Assembly: GCA_943357895.1 (NCBI GenBank)
Contig: CALRGO010000002.1
Coordinates: 25,926 to 89,925, forward strand
DNA: 64,000 nt
Reading direction: 5' to 3'
Source: Parcubacteria group bacterium
GTDB lineage: Bacteria; Patescibacteriota; Minisyncoccia; UBA6257; UBA11618
The position numbers were made by a program, and so were the translations under genes. Position 1 is the first letter of the stretch, and every line of letters starts with the position of its first letter. Under the pieces are notes generated by a model. That model was not told the origin of the DNA. It searched no databases and was given only the letters and a program-made list of their open reading frames with translations. Of this stretch, positions 17,070 to 25,941 are shown piece after piece.

Positions 17070-17176
17070 CAAAAAAACGACCTTTAGGGCCGCGGACGTA
17101 AGAAATCGCAGTAGTTTATATAACTAGTGCCTCCCTCGGCGAGTCTATACATATAGAGGCTCGCTGTCTGCGGAAC
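17070..17176 (-). ncRNA. Ribosomal protein L10 leader (autoregulatory)
   Basis: CCGCAGACAGCGAG...CTCGCCGAGG core upstream of rplJ, then a hairpin and T-run (attenuator-like). Confidence 0.7.
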
Positions 17177-17233
17177 GTGAACGTATTGTATTATATTCGG
17201 CTTTTTTATGCAATCTCGTAGAATATTTGATTT

Positions 17234-17265
17234 AAAAAACGCCGTCTTGTGAGAAAGGCGACGTT
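17234..17265 (-). terminator. Terminator of the FHA gene
   Basis: AACGTCGCC...GGCGTTTTTT imperfect hairpin with T-run on the minus strand. Confidence 0.55.
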
Positions 17266-17289
17266 CAGAAAATTGATTAGTACGCTTTT

Positions 17290-17745
17290 TTACTCAATTT
17301 TCTTTAAAATCATGCGGCAGAACAGGGAGAGGTGTATTTCTGTATTTGCGTGTATTTCGTCTCTTCCCTCGGATTCCATTTGTATGCCATTTACTACGAC
17401 ATGATTAGCGCTCTGTAAATCACGCAATATGATTCGTCCGTCCGCGTGAACTGTAATCATGCAATGTATCCTTGAGATGTAGAGATTTTCAAGAATAATA
17501 TTGCAATCATCGTTACGACCAATAACATATTCGCCAATATGGAGTCGTACTAGTTTTGGCGGCAATGTATTTTGGTAAATTTCCAGATACCATCCTGGTT
17601 CAAGCAACTTATCGGAAAATTTGCCGATAATCGTTTCCATGCCAACGGTTCCCTGCGCTTGCTGGAATTGGTTGAAAATTGCTTGCACCCTTTCCGCATC
17701 ATATATTCTTCCAATTTCATTCACCATCGTTTTGCTAGGGATCAT
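17290..17745 (-). CDS. FHA-domain protein
   Basis: IGR..DC.I.L....ISRIH, LRDLQSAN, VNG; own promoter TTGACA-17 nt-TACATT and AAGGA SD. Confidence 0.9.
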   Translation of the reverse strand: MIPSKTMVNEIGRIYDAERVQAIFNQFQQAQGTVGMETIIGKFSDKLLEPGWYLEIYQNTLPPKLVRLHIGEYVIGRNDDCNIILENLYISRIHCMITVHADGRIILRDLQSANHVVVNGIQMESEGRDEIHANTEIHLSLFCRMILKKIE

Positions 17746-17844
17746 TTAGTTTTCCTTTTACATGCGTATGTTGATTTTCAAAATATCGGATATTTCCGAA
17801 ACTAGGAGATAATGTAGCAAATTTACTATTATTTGTCAACTATT

Positions 17845-18507
17845 TTAGGCGTTTTCCGTGCGCCATTTTTCTATTTCTTTGTGGTGGCCGGAGACGAGGA
17901 CTTCGGGGACTTTCCATTCTTTTGTTTTCGTTGGTTTGAATATTTCGGGGCGAGTGTAGGCCTTGTATGAGCCTTTTATGCTTTCAAGGGATTCGATTTT
18001 ACCGAGTACTTCTGGCACGAAGCGGCTTACGGCCTCAATTACCGTCATTGCGGGTAGTTCCCCACCCATTAAGACAAAGTCACCCATCGAAATTTCTTCG
18101 TCTGCGATATGTTCCGCTACGCGTTCGTCTACACCTTCGTACCGGCCGCAGATAAAGACGATGTTTTTATACTGCGCCAAGCGCTCGGCTTCTGCGCCGC
18201 TAAACTGTTTGCCGCGGGTTGAAAATAATATAATACGAGTATCTTTTTTTGCCGTGCCCTTAGTCACGGCTTTCACGGCTTTGTAAATTGGCTCTATGCC
18301 GAGAACCATCCCCGGCCCCCCGCCATAGGGAATACCGTCTACCTTGCGGTGAATCCCCTCACCCCATAGGCGTAGGTCGTGAGCTTGCACGCTAATTTTC
18401 CCCGCCTCCTTCGCGCGCTTTAAAAGCGAGTGGTCGCTATAGGACCCCGCGCCGAAGAGTTCGGGAAAAATGGTGATGATGTGGAAATTTATTTTGGGAG
18501 AATTCAT
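17845..18507 (-). CDS. trmD: tRNA (guanine-N1)-methyltransferase
   Basis: ITIFPE, PYGGGPGMV, CGRYEGVDERV, SMGDFVLMGGE, YTRP, VPEVLVSGHH. Confidence 0.97.
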   Translation of the reverse strand: MNSPKINFHIITIFPELFGAGSYSDHSLLKRAKEAGKISVQAHDLRLWGEGIHRKVDGIPYGGGPGMVLGIEPIYKAVKAVTKGTAKKDTRIILFSTRGKQFSGAEAERLAQYKNIVFICGRYEGVDERVAEHIADEEISMGDFVLMGGELPAMTVIEAVSRFVPEVLGKIESLESIKGSYKAYTRPEIFKPTKTKEWKVPEVLVSGHHKEIEKWRTENA

Positions 18508-18530
18508 AATGACATTTAGATGTGAAAGTT

Positions 18531-18614
18531 TGATTTAAAAGTTATCCCGAGTTTTGGCGAGGCTAAAACTTTTCAATCATGTCCGGAGGGAAGCGAAGCG
18601 ACGAGGACGATTCC
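18531..18614 (+). repeat. Second copy of the element inserted in the tRNA-Val shadow
   Basis: TGATTTAAAA..TATCCCGAG...GAGG...AATCA..TCCG.GAGGGAAGC...AGCGACGAGGACGATTCC aligns with the reverse complement of 15834-15921. Confidence 0.75.
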
Positions 18615-18625
18615 AATATTTTAAA

Positions 18626-18662
18626 AGAAAAACCGCGTGAGGGATATCCTTACGCGGCTTTT
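18626..18662 (-). terminator. Terminator after khpA
   Basis: CCGCGTAAGG-loop-CTCACGCGG-TTTTT on the minus strand. Confidence 0.65.
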
Positions 18663-18683
18663 CAAATAACGTTACGGGAGATT

Positions 18684-19028
18684 CTAGAAACCGTCTGTTT
18701 GCGTTTCCGCGTGCTGTTCCGGCTCTACGTGCTGTTCGCCCTGTCCTACCTGCGGTGTCATGCCACGGGTCGAGCCTTCGGGCTCTTCGATCTTTAGGTT
18801 TACGCGGGCGTTGTTCTTGATGCCGACGATTCTAAGGAGTGAGCGGATGGATTTTGCCGTAGCACCCTGCCGGCCGACGACGTGGCCCATGTCCTTCTGG
18901 TTAACCTTCAGCGAAAGCAAAACGCCCATTTCGTCGATCTTCCTTTCGACTTTTACGTCTTCGGGAGTGTCGACAATAGACTTAACGAGGTATTCGAGAA
19001 ATTCTTGGTCTGCGAATCGTTCTGCCAT
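18684..19028 (-). CDS. khpA: KH-domain RNA-binding protein
   Basis: DMGHVVGRQGATAKSIRSLL; downstream of rpsP. Confidence 0.9.
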   Translation of the reverse strand: MAERFADQEFLEYLVKSIVDTPEDVKVERKIDEMGVLLSLKVNQKDMGHVVGRQGATAKSIRSLLRIVGIKNNARVNLKIEEPEGSTRGMTPQVGQGEQHVEPEQHAETQTDGF

Positions 19029-19032
19029 ATTT

Positions 19033-19269
19033 TTAGATTACCACGCCAGCTTTTTTAAGCAAGGCGCTTACCGTGTCTGTGGGCTGGGCACCCATTTTAA
19101 CCCAATGCGTGACGCGCGTGCCGTTAAACTGTGACTTTTTCGTGTGCGGGTTGTACCAGCCTAAGTCTTCGACTTGGCTGCCGTTTAACTTATCGCGCTT
19201 TTCGCCGACGATAAGGCGGTACATCGCCTGATGCTTCTTACCGATGCGTTGGAGTTTTATGGCTAACAT
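19033..19269 (-). CDS. rpsP: 30S ribosomal protein S16
   Basis: MLAIKLQRIGKKHQAMYRLIV, LGWYNP, GAQPTDTV. Confidence 0.97.
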   Translation of the reverse strand: MLAIKLQRIGKKHQAMYRLIVGEKRDKLNGSQVEDLGWYNPHTKKSQFNGTRVTHWVKMGAQPTDTVSALLKKAGVVI

Positions 19270-19283
19270 GTGAGTCTATAATA

Positions 19284-19982
19284 CTACACAGACTTCTTTT
19301 TTTCAAGTGCTTCGAGTGCCTTCTTTGCGGCATCTACTTCTGCCTCTTGCTTTGAGTAGCCAACGCCTTCGGCTACGAACTCGTTTTCGAAGTAGACGCT
19401 TACCTTGAATACCTTGTTATGCTCCGGCCCCGTTTCGCTTATTACGCGGTAGCTCGGCGTCATTTTTTTACTTGCCTGCGTCATTTCCTGCAGGGTGCTC
19501 TTGGGGTCGCGGTGGCTACCATTTTTCATAATCTCGTGCAGATTATTCATAACGAAGTTCGCTACGAAGGTGCGCGCCGCCGTAAGGCCGCCGTCTAAAT
19601 ATAATGCGCCTATCAGCGCCTCCATGGCGTTTGCGATAATCACTTCGCGGGCGCGGCCCGTGTCTTTGGCTTCGCCGCGGGAGAGGAGTACGGACTTTTC
19701 GAGCGCGATATCGTTACCCGCCTTCGCGAGCAACTGGTAATTCACGAGCGCGGCGCGAAGTGATGTGAGCTTACCTTCGTCTTCGTCGGGGAAGCGGTTA
19801 TATAATTCCTCGGTTACCGTAAGTTCGAGTACCGCGTCGCCTAAAAATTCCAGCCGTTCGTTGTGCGGCGTTTCCCACGCGGGGTTTTCGTTGCGGTATG
19901 AGCGGTGCGTTAAAGCCTCCTTTATAAGGGCTTTGGTAGTAAAAGAATAATTGATTGTTTTTTCGAGGCTTGCGCTATTCAC
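19284..19982 (-). CDS. rnc: Ribonuclease III
   Basis: [28 protein letters not shown], ds[11 protein letters not shown]; GTG at 19982 overlapping the nusB stop preferred (ORF extends to 20015). Confidence 0.96.
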   Translation of the reverse strand: MNSASLEKTINYSFTTKALIKEALTHRSYRNENPAWETPHNERLEFLGDAVLELTVTEELYNRFPDEDEGKLTSLRAALVNYQLLAKAGNDIALEKSVLLSRGEAKDTGRAREVIIANAMEALIGALYLDGGLTAARTFVANFVMNNLHEIMKNGSHRDPKSTLQEMTQASKKMTPSYRVISETGPEHNKVFKVSVYFENEFVAEGVGYSKQEAEVDAAKKALEALEKKKSV

Positions 19983-20436
19983 TTTTGGGTTGTTCTGCGG
20001 CGGGCGTTTCCCCATTAACCGCTTCGAGTTCTTTGAAGATAGTCCCCAAAACGCCGTTGATAAATTTACCGGAGTTTGGGCCGCCGTAGTTTTTAACTAT
20101 TTCGATGGCTTCGTTGATGGCGACCTTGGGTGGCACTTCTTCAGGGTTTGCGTAGAGCAGTTCGTAGAGGCCAATGCGCAGGGCGTTGCGGTCGATTATC
20201 GCGATGCGTTCCAAGGGCCATTCGGGGGCTGCCTTTGTGATAACGGCATCAATCGCCTCTATATGTTTTTTTACGCCTTCGGCAATTTTACGCGCAAATT
20301 CGGGCTCGTCGATCCCCGGGGCAAATTCCTCGAGGTTGCGGTCGACGATCTTTTCTAAGTCGTCCTTCTGCCCAAAAAAATCCCATTCATAGAGGGACTG
20401 GAGTACTACGGAGCGCGCTAATTGCCGAGTTGCCAT
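19975..20436 (-). CDS. nusB: Transcription antitermination factor NusB
   Basis: [50 protein letters not shown]. Confidence 0.96.
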   Translation of the reverse strand: MATRQLARSVVLQSLYEWDFFGQKDDLEKIVDRNLEEFAPGIDEPEFARKIAEGVKKHIEAIDAVITKAAPEWPLERIAIIDRNALRIGLYELLYANPEEVPPKVAINEAIEIVKNYGGPNSGKFINGVLGTIFKELEAVNGETPAAEQPKSE

Positions 20437-20449
20437 ATGAAGGCAGTAT

Positions 20450-20620
20450 AGAACCCATCTCAAAAATAGTCTAGGAAGACATCCACGCCGCTTTCGGTTA
20501 TTTCCGGCTGCGAATCGCGATTTTCTCCTCGGAATACCTCGGTATTCCTCGTCGAAAAATCCCGTTTCTCGCTCGTAAATACCACGAAACCGCCTGCGGC
20601 CTATTTTTGAGATGGGTTCT
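20450..20620. mobile_element. MITE-like 171-bp element between rpmF and nusB
   Basis: 20-bp perfect TIR AGAACCCATCTCAAAAATAG; central hairpin GGAATACC-TC-GGTATTCC. Confidence 0.7.
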
Positions 20621-20621
20621 G

Positions 20622-20789
20622 CTACTTCTTGCGGGAAGGGTACGTGCCGCACTGGGCGCACGCTTTGTGGGGAACAATCGGGCCTTTGCATTTTGCGCAT
20701 GCCGCCATGTTCGTTTTCTTCATGGCTAAGTGGGACCGCCTGCGGCCTACTTTGCCCTTGCTGTGATGCTTTACTGGTACGCCTCCCAT
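20622..20789 (-). CDS. rpmF: 50S ribosomal protein L32 (absent from the ORF track, 55 aa)
   Basis: Manual translation [55 protein letters not shown]. Confidence 0.93.
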   Translation of the reverse strand: MGGVPVKHHSKGKVGRRRSHLAMKKTNMAACAKCKGPIVPHKACAQCGTYPSRKK

Positions 20790-20811
20790 GTCTTCTGGAT
20801 TTAAGATTAAG

Positions 20812-21393
20812 TTAAGTAGCCTTTAGTATGACAAGATTCTTGATAAACGTCAAACGGTGCAGGGGGCATGGGCCGTGGCGCTTAAGCGCCTTTATATGGA
20901 CTGCCGTGCCGTAGCCCTTATTCTCTTTAAAATTATAGGCTGGATGGCGCTTATGCATGCGCTCCATGTAGGCATCGCGCGCGACTTTAGCAAGGATTGA
21001 GGCGAGAGCGATGGCGGGGATTTTCTCGTCCCCTTTTATTATTGCCTTCTGTGGGATGGTTTTTGGGAGCTTTATTCCCGCGTCGAGCAGGGCGGGGGTA
21101 TTGGAATTACCGGTTACTTTTCTATATGCGCGATACGCGGTACGGTTTGCGGCTGCCGAGATATTTATTGCGTCTATGGTCGCAGGCGCTCCGCGTGCGA
21201 CGGCGTATTTTATTTCTTTGCGGGTTTTGATCCATGCGCACCATGCCCCACGTTGCTTCTCGGTAAGCTTTTTGGAGTCACGCAGTGGCAGGCCGGAGCT
21301 TTTAAGATCGACGTTGTCTGGCAGCGCAACGCAAGCCACGACTACCGGCCCTGCAAGCGGCCCGCGCCCCACTTCGTCTATGCCGATTATCAT
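20812..21393 (-). CDS. rnhB: Ribonuclease HII
   Basis: GIDEVGRGPLAGPV, DSKKL, KGD, ASILAKVARD, NKGYGT, HRLTF. Confidence 0.97.
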   Translation of the reverse strand: MIIGIDEVGRGPLAGPVVVACVALPDNVDLKSSGLPLRDSKKLTEKQRGAWCAWIKTRKEIKYAVARGAPATIDAINISAAANRTAYRAYRKVTGNSNTPALLDAGIKLPKTIPQKAIIKGDEKIPAIALASILAKVARDAYMERMHKRHPAYNFKENKGYGTAVHIKALKRHGPCPLHRLTFIKNLVILKAT

Positions 21394-21519
21394 AGGGCGA
21401 CTATAGCATAGTCCGGATTAATTTATTGACTTATTACCATTAATAATGGTATTATATAATCAGCAATTAATCCGAATTTCTCGGAAAAATCTTCCATAAA
21501 CCCCTAGCGAGGAATCAAT

Positions 21520-21948
21520 ATGGCCGCCACAATCCCAATGCAAAAAGACAACTTGGCATCGCTACCTGAGCTCACTCCTTTACCTGTTCCATTCAACGGA
21601 AATCTAGTTAGGTACATATGTTTTCCATTAGACTTAGGAAGAGAAAAAAATACGCGAACGGTGTGTCATGTGCTAACGCGAAGGCTGGATAAGGTTGGTG
21701 TAATGGATACTGATAAGACCGAAAATGCCATCCTATTCGGCTCTGATGAGCCTAGCGACTATTTTGTTCAAGTCTCGTCATATGCTCTTAGTGAGGCTGA
21801 AAAAACGCATCCGAATCCGGAAAGCGTCGTTTTTCAAATCCATCATGGCAAGCAGTTAGGAAAGTACTACCCTCCGTTTTTTCAAAAAATTCTTTTGGTG
21901 GTTGATGCGGAGGGAGTTACACATCTTACTAATCTTGCGGCTTGGTAA
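21520..21948 (+). CDS. Hypothetical orphan protein
   Basis: 142-aa ORF with promoter TTGACT-18 nt-TATTAT, GAGGA SD and downstream terminator; no recognised motif. Confidence 0.7.
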   Translation: MAATIPMQKDNLASLPELTPLPVPFNGNLVRYICFPLDLGREKNTRTVCHVLTRRLDKVGVMDTDKTENAILFGSDEPSDYFVQVSSYALSEAEKTHPNPESVVFQIHHGKQLGKYYPPFFQKILLVVDAEGVTHLTNLAAW

Positions 21949-21977
21949 TCTGAGATTGGATGCAGAAAATGAATAGC

Positions 21978-22005
21978 CCGCCGGATGAAAGTCTGGCGGT
22001 TTTTT
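21978..22005 (+). terminator. Terminator of the 21520 gene
   Basis: CCGCCGGAT-GAAA-GTCTGGCGG-TTTTTTT. Confidence 0.8.
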
Positions 22006-22031
22006 TATTCTTCCCGCATACTTTTATCGAT

Positions 22032-25000
22032 ATGAAATTCGTCCACCTGCATACCCATAGCCATTATTCTTTGCTCGATGGTTTAGCGAAGCCCACGGAG
22101 CTTGTTGCGCGGGCGAAAGAGTTGGGAATGGAGGCGTTGGCGCTTACCGACCACGGCAACTTATACGGCGCAATCGAGTTTTACCAGCTGGCGAAGAAGG
22201 CGGGCATAAAGCCCATTTTGGGTGTGGAAGCATATATTTGCCCGCGGACGCGCTTTGACAAGGCGCACGGCGCGGACGACAAGAGTTATCACTTAACACT
22301 CCTCGTCGAAAATAAAACGGGCTGGCATAACTTAATGAAGCTCGTCACGAAAGCGAACCTCGAAGGATTTTACTATAAGCCGCGTATGGACCGTGAGTTA
22401 CTTCGTATGCACCACGAGGGGCTCATTGCCCTTTCTGGCTGTGCATCAGGCGAATTAATACGCACTATTTTAAAAAGCGGCATGGTAGCCGCTGAACAAG
22501 TGGTGCGCGACTACGAAGAAATCTTCGGCAAAGGCAATTACTTTTTAGAAATTGGGCACCACCCTAATTTTTCGCCTAAGGATCATGCGGTCGTAAAGCC
22601 TGCGCTCATCGAGCTTTCTAAAAAATTTGGCATACCGCTCGTTGCTACGCAAGATATTCATTATTTAAAAAAGGAGGACGCACAGTACCACGATATACTG
22701 CTCGCGGTCGGTACCGGTAACCGTATAACGGATGAAAAGCGGTTAACGCTGAAGGCCGACGACTTTTCGATGCGTAGTCCCGAAGAAATGGCCGAGTGTT
22801 TTGCCGATTTACCAGAAGCACTTGCGCAGACGGTAGTTATTGCCGAGCGGTGTAATATAGAGCTCACGCTTGGTAAGAGCATTTTACCCGTATTCCCTTT
22901 ACCAGAAGGCGAAACAGATAATTCGTACCTTATGCGGCTTGTGCATGAGCGCACAGCCGGCCGCTACCCTGAAAAAACGAAGGAAGTTGAAGATCGTATT
23001 GCCTATGAGCTTTCCGTCATCGCCGGTACGGGCTACGCTGGCTACTTTCTTATCGTGCAGGATTTTATTAACTGGGCGAAAGATCGCGGTATTGTCGTCG
23101 GCCCTGGCAGAGGCTCCGCTGCCGGCAGTATCACCGCCTATATATTAGGAATCACAAACGTTGATCCCCTGCCTTTCAACTTACTCTTCGAGCGTTTCCT
23201 TAACCCCGACCGTATACAGATGCCGGACATTGACGTGGACATCGCCGACTCCCGCCGCGGGGAAGTCTTGGGCTACTTGAAGGAAAAGTACGGCGACGAC
23301 CGCGTTGCTAACATCATTACGTTCGGTACCATGGCCGCGCGCGCTGCGGTGCGCGACGTTGGGCGCGCTTTGGGTGCTGATTATTCGCTGTGCGACAAGC
23401 TTGCGAAGCTGATCCCTATGAAGGTTGGGCAAGAATTGGCCGCCGCGCTCGAAACCACGGAAGACTTGCGGTCGTTCATCGCGAGCGACCCCATGGCGAA
23501 GCGCATCATAGACGCCGCCGGCCACTTAGAAGGCGTTGCGCGGCACGCTTCGGTGCATGCATGTGGCACCGTGGTAGCCCCTGGTACGCTTTCTGATTAT
23601 CTCCCCTTGCAGTACGCACCGCAGGACCCGTCTACCATCGTCACGCAGTTTGAAATGCATGCCGTTGAATCCTTGGGTATTTTAAAGATGGATATTTTAG
23701 GTTTAAAAAACCTTAGTATTCTTGAAGAGGCAATCCGTTTAGTACGCGAAGCCGGCAAGGGCGAAATCGACGCGAACCATTTGCCGCAGGGCGATGAAAA
23801 AACGTATGCGATGTTGCGGGAGGGCGATACGACGGGCGTCTTCCAGTTCGAATCCGCCGGTATGCGTCGCTATATGAAGCTCTTGAAGCCTAATCAGCTC
23901 GAAGACTTGGTGGCGCTTGTGGCTTTATACCGCCCCGGCCCTATGGAATCTATTCCGTCTTTCATCGACCGCAAGCACGGCAAGGAAAAAATAAAATATT
24001 TGCACCCCAAGCTTGAGCCGATCTTGCGACCAACCTACGGCATTGGCGTGTACCAAGAGCAAATGATGCAAATCGCCCGCGACCTTGCGGGCTACACGCT
24101 GGCCGAAGCCGATACCTTACGTAAGGCTATTGGTAAAAAGATACAATCACTCCTCGACGAGCAGCGCGAAAAGATTATTAAGGGTATGGTTGCGCGCGAT
24201 ATCCCTATGGACGTTGCTAAAGAGATTTGGGAGTTATTTCCCTCGTTTGCCCGCTATGGCTTCAACAAGAGCCACGCTGTGTGCTATGCCGTGATTGGCT
24301 ACCAAACGGCATACCTGAAGGCTAACTATCCGGTTGAGCTTATGACAGCGCTTTTGAATGCCGATGCGGGCGATACCGAGCGTATGACATTCCTTGTTGC
24401 CGAATGCGCGAAGATGGGTATAAAAGTACTACCGCCCGATATAAACAAAAGTGCGGTTCATTTTGCTCCAGAAGAGCAAAATATCCGCTTCGGGTTGCTC
24501 GCTATCAAAAATGTGGGCGCAAATATTGTGGATGCGCTTGTTGCGGAACGGAACGCGGGCGGCCCCTTCGCGACACTTGCGGAGCTTTTGTATCGTGTGC
24601 ACCACAAGGATTTGAATAAGAAGTCACTCGAAAGCCTTATGAAGGCAGGCGCCTTGGATTCGCTCGGTACGAACCGATCCACCCTCATCGGCAACCTCGA
24701 GGAAATTATTAAATTCAGTTCGCTCGTGAAGAAGTCTAAAAACGAATCGCAGGCGGGGCTCTTCGGCGGCGCGGTTATTTCCGCAAACGCACTTAAATTA
24801 ACGCCAATGCCTGAAATCCCTTCCGCTGAACAGCTACAGTGGGAAAAGGAATTAATTGGGTTTTATATATCAAGTCATCCGCTTGAGGCGTACAAGGAAA
24901 AACTTATTGCGATAAAGGCACGGCCGATAAAAGAAGCGTTGCTGGTAAAAGCGGTGAAAGAGGAAGTGATAGTAGGTGGGCTTGTTGCTGCGGTGCGGAA

Positions 25001-25202
25001 AATTATGACCAAAACAAATAAGCCGATGATGTTTGTTACGCTCGAAGACATGGGTGGCACGCTCGACGTTATTGTATTCCCGAAGACTTTAGAGAAAGGT
25101 GAAGAACCGTGGCAGGTTGGTGCTGTTATCGCTATCTTAGGCCACATGTCATGGCGCGACGATGAACCGAGCTTGATAGCAGAGGGTGCTCGCATCCTTT
25201 AA
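22032..25202 (+). CDS. dnaE: DNA polymerase III alpha subunit
   Basis: FVHLHTHSHYSLLDG PHP domain, GPGRGSAAGS, MPDIDVD, YGFNKSHA, C-terminal OB fold. Confidence 0.98.
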   Translation: MKFVHLHTHSHYSLLDGLAKPTELVARAKELGMEALALTDHGNLYGAIEFYQLAKKAGIKPILGVEAYICPRTRFDKAHGADDKSYHLTLLVENKTGWHNLMKLVTKANLEGFYYKPRMDRELLRMHHEGLIALSGCASGELIRTILKSGMVAAEQVVRDYEEIFGKGNYFLEIGHHPNFSPKDHAVVKPALIELSKKFGIPLVATQDIHYLKKEDAQYHDILLAVGTGNRITDEKRLTLKADDFSMRSPEEMAECFADLPEALAQTVVIAERCNIELTLGKSILPVFPLPEGETDNSYLMRLVHERTAGRYPEKTKEVEDRIAYELSVIAGTGYAGYFLIVQDFINWAKDRGIVVGPGRGSAAGSITAYILGITNVDPLPFNLLFERFLNPDRIQMPDIDVDIADSRRGEVLGYLKEKYGDDRVANIITFGTMAARAAVRDVGRALGADYSLCDKLAKLIPMKVGQELAAALETTEDLRSFIASDPMAKRIIDAAGHLEGVARHASVHACGTVVAPGTLSDYLPLQYAPQDPSTIVTQFEMHAVESLGILKMDILGLKNLSILEEAIRLVREAGKGEIDANHLPQGDEKTYAMLREGDTTGVFQFESAGMRRYMKLLKPNQLEDLVALVALYRPGPMESIPSFIDRKHGKEKIKYLHPKLEPILRPTYGIGVYQEQMMQIARDLAGYTLAEADTLRKAIGKKIQSLLDEQREKIIKGMVARDIPMDVAKEIWELFPSFARYGFNKSHAVCYAVIGYQTAYLKANYPVELMTALLNADAGDTERMTFLVAECAKMGIKVLPPDINKSAVHFAPEEQNIRFGLLAIKNVGANIVDALVAERNAGGPFATLAELLYRVHHKDLNKKSLESLMKAGALDSLGTNRSTLIGNLEEIIKFSSLVKKSKNESQAGLFGGAVISANALKLTPMPEIPSAEQLQWEKELIGFYISSHPLEAYKEKLIAIKARPIKEALLVKAVKEEVIVGGLVAAVRKIMTKTNKPMMFVTLEDMGGTLDVIVFPKTLEKGEEPWQVGAVIAILGHMSWRDDEPSLIAEGARIL

Positions 25203-25208
25203 TTCTAT

Positions 25209-25249
25209 AAAAAAAGAACGCCCGTGCCGGCTAACCGGTTACGGGCGTT
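25209..25249. terminator. Terminator between dnaE and the GNAT gene
   Basis: A-run then AACGCCCGT...ACGGGCGTT hairpin. Confidence 0.7.
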
Positions 25250-25806
25250 TAAGGAAATGACTTGATTATTCCTTTTCCATCTTTCTTTATGCGGATTGTT
25301 CCCCTTTTAAATCCCCAAGGTGGAGGATATTCAAAAGTGTAGAACGTTGCTGCTGGTTCGCCATATTCTTCGTAAAATTCATGCATTTCCGTTACCACGA
25401 AGCCGATTTTTTTGGATGCGAGAAATAAATGCATGTCTTTATCTTTGTCGCTTACATCAAAGCACAGGCTTTTATTCCATTCCTCCAAAGCTTTTGAAAA
25501 TAGCCGATGCATGAGGCGCATTCCATATCCCTGCCTTCGGTAATCCTTATCGATTTGGAATAGATGAATATATGCTCGGTTGTTTTTTTCCGCAAATGCC
25601 ATTATGCATCCTCTAATAGCATTATCTTCTTCGATGACGAGGCCATAATGGCGATCATCACGCATCCATTCGCGGAATGCATCATATTCATAATTCCAAT
25701 CAGGCCGAGGATTTTGGCTCATAAGGCGCATGATGTGCGGTATGTCACCATAATCCCATTCTCGTATGTTTTTTATAGATTCTTTTTTGCGTAACCATGA
25801 GAACAT
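25249..25806 (-). CDS. GNAT acetyltransferase, RimI-like
   Basis: Motif A IDKDYRRQGYG; GAGGT SD 5 nt before ATG 25806. Confidence 0.85.
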   Translation of the reverse strand: MFSWLRKKESIKNIREWDYGDIPHIMRLMSQNPRPDWNYEYDAFREWMRDDRHYGLVIEEDNAIRGCIMAFAEKNNRAYIHLFQIDKDYRRQGYGMRLMHRLFSKALEEWNKSLCFDVSDKDKDMHLFLASKKIGFVVTEMHEFYEEYGEPAATFYTFEYPPPWGFKRGTIRIKKDGKGIIKSFP

Positions 25807-25941
25807 ATAAAACCTCTTTCTTTTTTCGTATTTTTTTGAAAAGTACTCGTTGCAAAGGACCATCCCCTGCCATATTTCGGATAGTACTCTCTCTTTTTAC
25901 GGTTTGCCAGTGCCACGTTTTTCGTTTATCTTTTCATTACT

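Noticed and set aside
20437-20700. N-terminal extension of NusB
   Set aside because: The frame runs through the MITE-like element and out of frame over rpmF; NusB homology begins at MATRQ (20436).
21960-22031. N-terminal extension of DnaE (similarly 8577-8822, 31463-31651, 34470-34547)
   Set aside because: The extensions cross terminators, promoters or other genes; family motifs start at the downstream ATG.
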